From Catajapyx aquilonaris (lineage: Eukaryota): 33,345 nt of DNA. Positions within the stretch are counted from its first letter, which is position 1. Each line of letters opens with the position of its first letter. Both the position numbers and the translations under genes were made by a program. The notes under the pieces are model-generated. The model searched no databases. It was given only the letters and a program-made list of their open reading frames with translations, and was not told the DNA's origin. Where the stretch lies: NCBI GenBank assembly GCA_000934665.2, contig KZ538036.1:124001-157345 (forward strand). Reading direction: 5' to 3'. Shown here one piece after another: positions 11,384 to 33,345 of the stretch.

Positions 11384-13177
11384 GTGAGTAGTGGACAATT
11401 TCATGGATTTTTTTAAAGATGGGGGTCAGGTCATGTTGTGCGAATTTATTGCGAATTATTATGTGAAGTGCATGCTTGGTCACTCTTGGGATTCAAGTCA
11501 TTGGAGATTGAAATATGTGCGGAAATGTAGGCTATTTTTCTCATTGCATCAGGCAGTACTACCACAATTTATATGCTGTCAACAATAATGTAACCAAGAA
11601 AATGTATATAAAACATGTCAGAAGTTTTCTTATGGTACACTGATTTAATCGTAGTGGCGCCATGAACCCCTTGCACCACCGGAAGAAAATCATGTCTCTT
11701 CAATGTCGATTCGCAAAATCGAGTCCTCCGCAAGTCATTAGGCCCGAAATGGCCCTCGGAAGCAGCAAGTTGCATGATTAGAAAGAGCGATGCTGGGGGA
11801 TTCACGGCTTGTTTAGCAAACCTCGCATCCGGAATCATCCCCAGGAGACAATAACCAACTTCTCTCAGGGGCCTCCTTGTCAACCCGACCACACTTTTAT
11901 ATACACCAGCACCAGTCCCCTTGTCTTTAATAAAGGCAACACCTCTATCGGGGCCCAATCGGAGAAACCTGATAGCTGAACAGATGCTTAGTTATCGGGT
12001 GTGTCCATCGAGATCTGCGTGATTCTTGCATGGTTGAGTTGGCAGGAAAGGCAGTGCGAGTTGACAGAAGGATGACGCTATCGTCTGGCCAGACTGGGGA
12101 TCCGGTTTCGCGAATAATCCGGATCCGGACAAATGAGGCGGCCGATTGTCTCCCATCACCGGAATTAGGCGCTGCTGCCATGAGGGACCATCACTTTGGA
12201 CCGGTGACAAAGTACAGGGTGTCTGGGGTGGACAAGGGCGATGACAGGCTGTCGATGAATTGATGTCCTGTCCCTCACTTGGAGTGTTCATTTGGCGACA
12301 CTTTAAATGGACAATGAATTATTCTCACTTCATTTATGGGGGTGGCAGCCATGAGCAGAAATGGCGACCACGTGCATCGAAGTGAATACTTGAAATGCAA
12401 GAACGATATGAATCGCATTCAATAATTATAAGGGTTTGCAGTTTGAACATTGCACATATTTTGGGGCTATAGGGCCTACATAATTTTTGCTCCATCAGAA
12501 AACTGAATTTACAGTCAACAAGAGTACGTCAATAGCTGTAGTGCATATGCTTAATTATATTTCGACAGAATTGTGACCCTGAATGAGTTATCTGCATTCT
12601 TCAAGTGAAAAATATCTAGACTACACTGAAAATAATGAGAACTTTAATGAGTAAATTTGTCCTCTCTTCATAAGTTAAACTCTTTGCACAATTATTGGTC
12701 ACCTGTTATACAAATGGAAAGCAAAATATAGAATACAGAGGGTCTCTCATGTGTAGGCCTAATACTCGAAATTGTATTTTACATATACCGGTACCTTGGA
12801 AAACTTTCACCTTTGCTTTCACCATAACTTTGCCATGACATCAGATATAAGTTTCTGGAAATATAAAAAAGACAGCCTACCTTAAAGGGTCTATATTCTC
12901 TATTGAAATGAATTAACTTACGGGAAGTACCCGTTTTACCACGTGTTCCAGCAACACAGCATGTAAAGTGAATCGGAGTAACGAAACTATAGACAAAATT
13001 ATATCATGTAAAAAATATGTTCCAAAATTTCAAACAATTTCCTATATACAGACAGGTTTCCAGAGAGAGGGATATCGAATTTTCCTTCACTTATTTATTG
13101 GCATTACACGTAATGTCTTGTAACAACGGGAGCAATATACTTCGGGAAGAACCGAGACCAACAATGCAGTTTGTTGT

Positions 13178-13482
13178 ATAGTCGGCCCCGCCTATAAATT
13201 GCCATTGACGTCATCGTTTCGCATACCAACGGAAATATGCAGAACACAACCCTGATGGAAAGCCTCTCACTTTTCAACGCTCCCTGCATATATGCCCTCA
13301 TAGTACAACAATATGAGTAAACAGTGTCGACAAAGAGAAAGCTGTTTAATCCCATTGTTGTGAGATGATGACATCTTCATATGGAAACTTGAAATGTGAT
13401 GGGAGGTTCCAGATTTCCGTTGACTATAGGAGTCGGTAAGCGAAACAATGACGTCAATGGAAAGTTAGTATGGGCCGACTAT
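13178..13482. mobile_element. MITE with ~50-bp TIRs, each containing TGACGTCA
   Basis: ATAGTCGGCCC..CCATTGACGTCATCGTTTCGC / GCGAAACAATGACGTCAATGG..GGGCCGACTAT. Confidence 0.75.
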
Positions 13483-15144
13483 TATCCTGCTGTATATACT
13501 ATTCATTCTGCCACAATGAACCACAAAAAAAACAAAAGAAGTGCCTATGTTGTAGTGTATTTGGACTCACAAGTGTTGCAGTGATGTATAGTTTTTTCTT
13601 ATGCTGTGTCGTTATTATCAAATATTTCAAAAATTTCTTATTAAAATATTTCAAATGTCATTTTGCAACAGGCTGCGCGGTGGTTTTGTGAAATGTCGTA
13701 AAACAAAAAGGCGTAAAACGGGTATTAGTATAGCCTACCTGTACACTGTACAGAATATTAACTGATCACAAACATTCAAAATACTACCGATGTCCTTTCG
13801 CTTTCATCATGAGAGAGGTATAGTAATAAAAAAATATACGTACTTTACACAGTAATGCTCTCTGGTGTAGCCGTATATTTGGTGTGTATATAGGGGGAGT
13901 AGTAGGCCTATATATATGCTTGTTAGCAACTATTCTACGAGCAATGTTTGCTTCCCTCTTGAAAACTATTACGAGCTGTTTGTCAATAGCCAGAAGACAC
14001 AGTCGAAAATAATTGTCATATCTTAGTGGAATTGTCACTTCATGCGCTAAGGTTCAAGAGAGGGACGACATATTGCCAATTCGTATGTTTGAGGATTCAG
14101 GTTAATGCACTCAAGACTCAAAAATTCCAAATGTTTATTATATACTGAATGAAACCCGCAATTATCACTAAATAAAAGGGGTGCTGCTGCTGGGAATGTT
14201 TTGAAAGGGTCTTGGTCATGTATTCCATCAAAGAATTCCTTGAAGGACCTATATAATGAGGCAAACAAATACAGGTACGAATATGTACTTTTACCACATT
14301 CATAAGAACCACTGTGATAGAAACATAATCATTCTATAGAGGGTCCCTGCAGGCTAGACTACTAGACAGACTTAGGTACAATGTAGGCCGTGAAATTTAG
14401 ATGCATCACATGAATTTCCTAGGGACATTAACGAACAATTATGAATGACAAAATAACTCGGTTAAGAATTTAACTTTAGTTACATCTTTCCCTACAGAAA
14501 CCGTTTTGTACAGCACCATCAGCAGGTATACTGAAGTTTACAAGAAGTTATACTGTTGACTTGATTTTGCACTCTATTAGGCCTACTGCTTAATCTTAAG
14601 GCGTCAGTATTTGCTTCGGTCATGAAATGCTATATATATAGGTCTACTTTATTTAGTCACTTGCTTTCCTCTCTTCCTTTAATATCTAAGGAAAAAATAG
14701 AAAGTAAATTGGCATTTCCTTCGTTACACAAATGATTTAATATTATATTAATTAGGATGAGTAATAGTCAATTTGTGCCTCACTCTGTATTGACCTGTGC
14801 AGAATGGATTTGTTTTTATAGGCTATCACACAAGATACATATGCTTGATAATCCGATTACAAGTTAGATATTCACACCACACAGTTACAGCACTATTCAT
14901 GACCATTACAACATGACAGTGTAACAATAACATCGCAACAACAGCCACATTTTCCACATAAAGGCCCCCATCAGATAACAATCCTTATATGCAATGACAT
15001 TAATTGAAATGAACATTAAATGTAACCCTATACAATTGCACGTGACTGTTGTGTTTGATCACTTCCAGTTTTCTCCTATTTCCACCATCCGCCGGGCAGA
15101 CTGCAGACGACGAAACTGCCTCCGTCTGCCTTCGAGGAGAAGGA

Positions 15145-25601
<10,457 letters not shown>

Positions 25602-26029
25602 CGATCTGTGTTACAATGGTAATAGGTATAAACCCCGGTGACCATATTAGTTCCGATTTCGACCTCCCCCAAACAGTACTTAGCAACCCCCTTTCCAGCA
25701 CACACTCAGTACATTAGGCGTATGTGTAGAGAGAGAGAGAATGAGAGTGAGAGAGAGCAAAAGGCACAAACTTTGCCTAACGTCGAGCCGAGCCAAAGCC
25801 CAGTTTTGAACTGATCCCAACCCATTTCTCTCCCAGATAGCAATCCCTTTGTCGATATTCTCCATTTTCTGGCTCCCCAGCTAGGTTTGCGGCTGTGCCA
25901 AAAAACCTGGTGGAGAGACTGAAAAAAAAAATGAGAGAGAGATTTAAGCGGGAGAAAATGGTGGGAAAACGCAAATTCAAATTTTTTAGACATAGCCATT
26001 ACCCACGGAATAGTTATAAAAAATGGTGA

Positions 26030-26556
26030 AATAAAATACCGGCCAAGAAACGGATTTTGACATAAAAAGTGATGGTCACTTACGTAACGAACTGTTTTTT
26101 TAAAAGGGGGAAATGTATACATTCTTGTGAGGTTTAGTCATGTGCAAAGTGTGTCGGCGATTACTTTTGCCCAGTAACAATGTGTGTGGTCTGTACATAC
26201 ATTTTTTTTTCGTGGTGCTTGTGACGTAAATTGGAGTGTATAGGACCGTGTCGTGTAGAGAGAAAAAAACGAGTAGTGGTCTATTTAAGTGTACATATCA
26301 TGGAAAAATGGTTATCCAAAAAAGGTATCAAATTCTTTCATTGCCGGATTTTTAATAAATTGTATGAATTAAAAGAAAATGGTTGATTTCAATGCATCGC
26401 GGGATTGGTCAGCGCAGCATCGTTCAAGGTCAGGTCAATGAGGATATTCATTACAAATCTCGACATGCTCGCTATGTATATGGGAAAGTGCCATGTGTCA
26501 CACATGTCACATGCGTCACTCACAAGTGGCAATCTGCATGTTGAGTTTTGAATAAA
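26030..26556 (+). other. Candidate Pax6 polyadenylation signals (AATAAA at 26030, 26354, 26551)
   Basis: AATAAA hexamers downstream of the stop codon. Which one is used cannot be determined from sequence. Confidence 0.4.
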
Positions 26557-27898
26557 TATTCATCACAATTTTGCATGGAATTTCCAGGAATTTGTTTGAA
26601 TAATTTGGAGATTGGTAACATAAACTATAATATTTTTTTATTTTTTAAAGGACAGTTGACGCTACTCTCCAACAAAATCTGGAGTAAAATTCGTCACACA
26701 CTGTTGAGCAGTATCATGATTTTAATTAACGTGTGTTTACGCGCATCATCGCTGCTTATAATGTACGCTCGTATAAATAGGAGTGATTAAACATCCCGAG
26801 GTACTGAATTTTCGATTATTCCATCAGGTAGTTAGTAATTTCGGTCATTTGTAAATGCAGCGGCCCGTTGCTCATCTTCTGTTAATGATGTTTTATTACG
26901 GATGAACACATTTTGTAAAACCAGTGATTACAATTTTTTGACATTTCTTTCACTTATAGGCTATGCGAAAATCTTTAACTGCTGGACACTGTTGGTCAAT
27001 TAGGTCGGTTTCTGGTTTTAAATTTTTTTAAAAATCTTTCAATCTTTATTTTACCCTTGTTGTTGCGATAGGGGCTAACAGTTTCATGCAAGGCTTTGTA
27101 GGCCTACTGTAATTTTTATTCGAGTTAGACTTGCTTCGAAGGGGTAATATTTGATTTTTTCTTGCAAATTTACTATAATTATTGTCACTAGTCTTTTTCA
27201 CAATAGAAGATCTGTAAATGACATAGGAAGAATTAGTTTATGGTTGAAGAGACAGGTGTAAAAATGCAAGTAGGCCTACATTGCTCAAAACAACAATATC
27301 TGATATGGTCTCGCAGCGTCTCTTGTCCACACAAAGTGGCACAAATAAATCGTTACAGATTTTTTAAAAAGAAGGTTTCATAAAGTTGTACAGCATCACT
27401 GTAGTCAGTAAAAGATTATACTGTACTTCATTTTATAGTTTTAAAAAATGAGATGAAGTTGAAACCCAGAGTAGGCCCTACATGTAATACAATTTGTCCG
27501 TGAACAAAGGTCACAGCACCCATTTATTCGATATGAATTTTTACCTGCAAAGAAAAACTTAATATCGAGGGTCAGCAATAATTAGAGTAGAAATTGTGAT
27601 GGATATTGATTGCGCTGATGTCTTTTAAAGCAAGGCTTAAGTACGTGCAAAAACGACAGCAAAAAACAGGAGTAAAGCACAAAATTATCCGTATAGTTGC
27701 AGCTGTAAAACTGATCAAAAAGGCAAGTGCAAATCAAAATAACAATATTTACAGTCATAATCAGTTTTCAGATAGAAATTTACAATTACGTGCGTGGTCA
27801 TGCAATATTTATGCTCATTTTCTTAAGTTTACGTAAAATTGGTTTTTGTGTACAATGTAGGCCTACATTACGAGGGGGGTTCATTAAAGATTTCCCCG

Positions 27899-28433
27899 TA
27901 CAAGAACATGGGGTGCCGAATGTCTGATAAGGTTCACTACTTGCCCTCCCATTTGGATTTTTCCCGGACAATTTGGGTGATGTGAGTGAAGAACATGGTG
28001 AGCGCTTTCATCAAGACATTATGGACATGGAGAAGAGGTATACCAGAGTAGGTCATGAGATGCAGCCATGATAGGAGACTACATTTGGGGTTTGCTACGA
28101 AGTGACAGTGATGGTGTTCATAAGAGAAAAAGGCTCTCTAATATTCATTTTTGAGAGAAATGAGTTTTTAAGGGAGTGTTTTCATATCATTTCAATTCAA
28201 TATTGACTATACAGTGGAAAACGTCTCTCTTTGTTACTGAGAATTTTTTTAAAAAAATTGCCATTACAATAATGGTTATGTAGAATAAATGCAAAGCATA
28301 GTGCCGTCATTTCTAAGCAAACAGTTGACGATAGAGCAAAAGCAATTTCATATTCAGAATCAGCGCCTACAATCACATAAGAAAACATTTAAAAATAGAC
28401 TCAAACAAAAAACATGTTTAATTTTGTTACCCA
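27899..28433 (+). mobile_element. Chapaev3 (CMC)-type DNA transposon remnant: transposase C-terminus plus 3' end
   Basis: Frameshifted translation YKNMGCRMSDKVHYLPSHLDF/PDNLGDVSEEHGERFHQDIMDMEKRY/..DAAMIGDYIWGLLRSD..KRK, stop at 28152-28154, then a TTTTGTTACCCA terminal-like sequence. Family assignment is from recalled motifs. Confidence 0.75.
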
Positions 28434-30054
28434 TACTCCACACCAGCACGACCAAACCATCATATTCTATATAGACTAGTCAAATTATTATTATCTTCCG
28501 AGATATGTAACTCATTTTTGACAAAAAGTGGACCTTGATCATTCTTCCCCCAATCCCCCGAGGTCTTCATAATGGAAGTGAATGATTTCAATTGGTCAAC
28601 ACTTTGCAAGGGTTGCAAGGCAGTTACGGGCTTTGTATATCTACCAATAACAGCAGGTGTGGCTTGCAAAGAGGAGTGCAGTGGTGCATTTATCTCCATT
28701 TACGTGATTTTCTAAGATACGGGGTTTTAACTTGGGCCGTCATAACTGTAAATGAGCAAATTGTAAATGATGGATGAAAAATTAGTGTTTCTAAGATTGA
28801 AAAGTTTCATAAACTATACTGCGACATTAGACATTACTGTGGTGCAGAATTCGCAGTAGGCTTTGGCACCGAGTAACAATTTTCTTTGCAAAATAATAGC
28901 CTCAACTTACCTTCAAATGTATAGAGTGACGACCAACAAAAGTGGAAGGCAGGAGAAAGTTGGTCCGTTGGCAGGCAGAGGACCTCTCGGCTCGAAGGGT
29001 CCCCCAAATGCACTGGTTTTCCTGCCCTCTGCTGTGGTTCCAGGCAAAGCTCGCAGCATCACACAAGTTCAATGGTATCGATCAGAAAGGGACGTCCCGA
29101 GCGCAGCATTTAAATTACTTCAGTACTGGGCATTTTGTTATCTGCTTCCGTAACTTATTTAAGTTGCGTACAGGCCCCATACGCCGGCAAATCCACAAGA
29201 TATTATGTATTTCCTATAAAATGGCCCACGCAAATGTTAATATTGAATTTGCGCGGTAATGCAATAATTTCACACAATTACAGAACTTCGGATATCAGTA
29301 ATATGGAAATACTGCACATAAACTATACAATACTACAATATTTACATGCAGTAAATCGTGTGATTATGCACAAATGGCTGATGCCTGTAGTCATATAATA
29401 GTCTAAACCGTATTTTATTTGGAAACTATTTATGATAAGGTGTTTGTGCTACAGGTAAAGACAAGAGTTTCAGATCAAGTACGTAAGATTACACTTATCC
29501 ACTTAATTGCGTTACGGACATGCTACAAAACCCTTTATTAATCCTTTAGTTCCTCCGTTTAATCGACTCACGGAAAATCTCATCATATTGCTGACAAATG
29601 AATCATGCGATTAAGGCTGTCTTGTAGGCCTACACATATTGCCTAAATAATATATTAACAAATGCAAATTAGATGTTCATACCTCAAGTAGGCTTGATAT
29701 AGTTCATTCCCAGCACTATTATAAGTATACAATGTTTTATTGATACTGTGGGCATACTATATTTGCATAGGCCTGTATAGTACCGAACGACAGCCAAAAT
29801 GATCCGCTGTGACTCAGCCAATAAAAGAGACTCTGATTGCTTGAATACGATGATATAGAGGAGAGGTACTCAACAATATTGATTTGCATATTCAACCACT
29901 CCGCATGTCATATGCTCTCTGCTGCAAGACAGTATAGCAGCAATTACCATTTAAAATATTTTGTAACCCCCTGCCGAGACGCTGCATACTGTGTCTGAGG
30001 CATCATAAAAGAGCGAGGAAGTTTTGTGGGCTGCGAGCGAGCAAGCCAGAGAAG

Positions 30055-30270
30055 ACTTCAGAGAGAAAGAGAAAAGGAGGGGATAGAGGGAGAGGAGGGG
30101 GGGGGAGGGGAAGGACCGGGGCGGNAAAGAGAGAGACGAAGATTCCGGAAGAGAAGAGGCGCCAATATTGGTGGGAATATCACGCGACGGGAAAGAGACG
30201 GATCAATGTGAAGGGGGGGGGGGGGTGATGGGGAGAGGGAGGGAAGAGGGGGAAGGAAGGGGAGGGGAGG
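30055..30270 (+). repeat. GA/G-rich low-complexity tract (contains one N at 30125)
   Basis: Long purine runs with multiple G-tracts. Confidence 0.8.
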
Positions 30271-31155
30271 ACACTAAAACCCTGCGGTGTTGCATCATCT
30301 CTCACCCTGATTATTTTTCTAAACAACATGTATTATATAGGATTAGGTGAGAATCAAGTTTGGCTCAGCCATTCAAAATTTGGCTGTGAACAGAGCATAT
30401 ACATTCTTCATTGATTGTAATTAAATGCAGGTCAGATGCAGGCCCTTACATAACGGACATATCTGACAAAAAAATAAATAGATGGAATAATACCTTTACA
30501 TCCATGACAACTAATGTTGCTGAAATAGAGTAGGCCCTATAGTAAAATAACGGGTTGTTCACTTTTCCATTTCAGAGTGATAAATAGAGCAAATATTGTA
30601 GCCTACACTAAACTTTTGTCTGGCTGCAGTTTATTGCTGGGTTTGTTATTATTTCTTCCGAATTGCATGTTGGAATAATGATTTAAAACATTGGATGGAA
30701 CTTGCTGGAACTTTTACTGAAAAACAGTCTCGTATAGGCCTTATACCAGTGATGTAAACCTCTATAAAAGCTACTTGCACATATACAATTTGAAAGGTAA
30801 ATACTGATATTTAAACTACAGAGAGGGCCAATGAGTACTCTATTAATTTATTGCAACTCAGAGCATAGATAAGTGACTTATATCGGTCTAATGTCAGTAG
30901 TTAACATTTTTATCGCAACTAAAAGTAACTAGGCAGAAATACTCGCTAAACAATGATCATTGTGATTCCAAAAAATTGCTAAACACTATACAGTCCAGCT
31001 ATAAAACTTTGTCAATACCGTCACCAGTTTTTAATCCTGTAAGTCTCACTGTTGACATTGCTAAAGTCCGTTCTACATCACTCTCTTCTTTCACTGTACG
31101 TAATATGACGTTCACACTGAAAATTTAAATTTTTATAAAACATTTAAAATTTAAA

Positions 31156-31191
31156 TTATGCAGCCAGTTATAATATTAACTGGCTGCATAA
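31156..31191. repeat. Perfect 15-bp inverted repeat with 6-nt loop
   Basis: TTATGCAGCCAGTTA-TAATAT-TAACTGGCTGCATAA. Confidence 0.85.
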
Positions 31192-32432
31192 AATTTCGAA
31201 GAGATAATTAAAGCTGCTACAATGTGAATAAAATCACATGGAGGGTGGAATAATATTCTACCTTATATATTTATCACTATAATCGCAATTCATCAGCTTT
31301 ATTAAGCCATCCTATAAATGTCATTCACAGTGCAATGCTGTCAGTATTTCTCATCTAAACAGTACTCCAAAGAGATGCACCACAAGTGCTCCCAAATTAT
31401 TCCTCCCTATTTGCCAGTTACTCCAGCATAACTTAACTCGCGTACAAAAAAAGAATTGGGCAAAGAAGCTTAAATAAGTGTGGGTCGATTGTTGGAGACG
31501 ACGACTGGCATGGAGAGGCTTGGTTGGTTGGTTGGTTGGTTTGAAAGGGGGAGGGGGGGGGGGGGGTTTGAAGTCTTTGCTGGATGAGTAGTGTTCACAC
31601 GCCGTTGCTTCCGGAGCGGTGCGCTTCTCAACCAACCGTCCACAAGCTTAATAACCTGAGCATAATGGTGCATCCAGACGGCGTGACAGACAGCAGATCA
31701 CATGTTATAAGTGTATGATGATGATGGTGATGATGGGGGGGAGCACCAGTTAGAATGTTGCCAATCCGGAAAGAAATTGGAGCCGCTTCTCTGGCTGGCT
31801 GCTGATGCTATTCAGACTCAACAGGGTGCGATCATATTGGGTCCCTAACAGGGTTCAAGGGCCCGTGTTGTGTGTAAACACGCTTAAGTCTGGCGGAATG
31901 TGGGGCAGGGAAAAGGGGGAAACTCGGAGGGATTCCCCACAGCAAATGATGGTCAAGTGCTTTTACTGTTGTACTGTATACAGGATGATGCACTGACCAG
32001 AGTCCGGTCAGACCATCATCAGGGGAAAAGTTAAAGTTAAATGGAAGAATCGCAAGTGTTGCTCTCTTGAAGCAGATCTTGTCTCCATTACAATAGTTTA
32101 TATAGAGTGGCGTGCATATATTTTAGGCTAATAATTACCACACAACTTTTCAAATTATTTGATAAATGTATAGGCCTATACTCTGGATATACAAAAATCC
32201 AGGATTTCTTGTCATCATCTCGGGGGAAATAAGGATGTAACCAGGACGGCTCAAAAAAATCATATCGTAATCACAATTTGTGAGGAGGCCTACTAATAAT
32301 AGCCTATACATAATAATAAAACAATTAGCTATGATGATTACATACTGTTATAGTGGTAGCCTTGTAGGCTAGGGCCTGCTGCTTATAAATATATTTTATT
32401 TAAAAAGTCGACCTTTTAAATAAAACTTATGC

Positions 32433-32492
32433 GCGTTTGGCTGATTCATGTGACCAAAGGGATCTCTTTGGTCACATGAATCAGCCAAACGC
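32433..32492. repeat. 60-bp near-perfect palindrome
   Basis: 27-bp perfect arms around G-GATC-T. Confidence 0.9.
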
Positions 32493-33345
32493 ATCAGGAA
32501 TATTATTATCAACCAGCATTGGCTTATTTAAATCACTGCACTGATTGTCAGGATTGCCAGTCACTTATTTAAAGTACCGGGGCCTTCAACTACATAACTT
32601 TAGTCAAAACTGACTCATCAACTTGTGCATAATTTTTCAACAAACTATGTAAAGTGGGAACACTTTAATTGAGACTCTTCAAACATTTTGTCCAATAAAT
32701 CCACACAAATTTTCAACCAAGTTGATTCACATGGAGCCAACATTTTTTTTTTTCAATTGAATAGCTCATTCTGAACACAATACATCCCAAGGTGTCGCGT
32801 CTGGTTTTATTGTCCTATCCCAAGCAACTCCAAAGCGTGAACCAAACATTGCCCCATTGTTGTGCGGAGTCACAACACACCACTGTTGCGGTTTTTCGGC
32901 CACTAAAAACCACTTTCTATGTGAGTAGGCACGAAGCCGCGCCTAGATCCATCCTCACAGAGTAGGATCATATTTTCGGACACATTTTCAACCCCCCCTT
33001 TGACGTAGGGGGGGAAAGGCGGGTGGGGTGGAAGGTTGGGGGGGGGGGACTGAATAGCCAATACAGTCCATGCAATCTGGACCTTTCCAACCAGTGGCGT
33101 GGAAGTAAATTCATAAGCCCCGCCCTTTTCCGCACGGTACAAACACCCCCCCCCCCCTCCACCCCATCGACGCTGTCACTCTGCGCGGTTTGACATAGAT
33201 CACTTTTTGCAGTTAGGCGACTCGGAATAGATTGCATTCTATAAGGTGAACCCATCCGCCACCCACACATGCAACCCACACACATTAATACTCGCACTCA
33301 CAATTTTTGGCGCCTATGTGCTTACCCCCCCACCTCCCTTAGTCA

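Noticed and set aside
31876..31890. Pax6 autoregulatory site AACACGCTTAAGT
   Set aside because: Three mismatches to the TTCACGCTTGAGT consensus; expected by chance without conservation data

Overview
Eukaryotic (animal, probably arthropod) genomic DNA. The main feature is one complete, intact multi-exon Pax6 gene on the + strand. I assembled it by hand from 10 coding exons (15145..25601; 1320 nt, 439 aa; all GT-AG introns with matching phases). It encodes a paired domain, linker, S50 homeodomain and PST tail. It looks eyeless-like but has an unusual Ser at paired-domain position 14 and other substitutions in normally conserved motifs. There is a candidate upstream promoter/exon near 11.0-11.4 kb and frame-paired alternative splice sites. 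At the left end is a disabled terminal exon of a spermine/polyamine oxidase gene (stop plus frameshift). The rest is non-coding: tRNA-derived SINEs with TSDs, a Helitron-like element with a nested SINE, several MITEs, a Chapaev3-type transposase remnant, palindromes, and a strong excess of TAGGCCTA words that look like transposon excision footprints. I found no prokaryote-type system and no clearly new multi-gene system. Most ORF-track entries are spurious.
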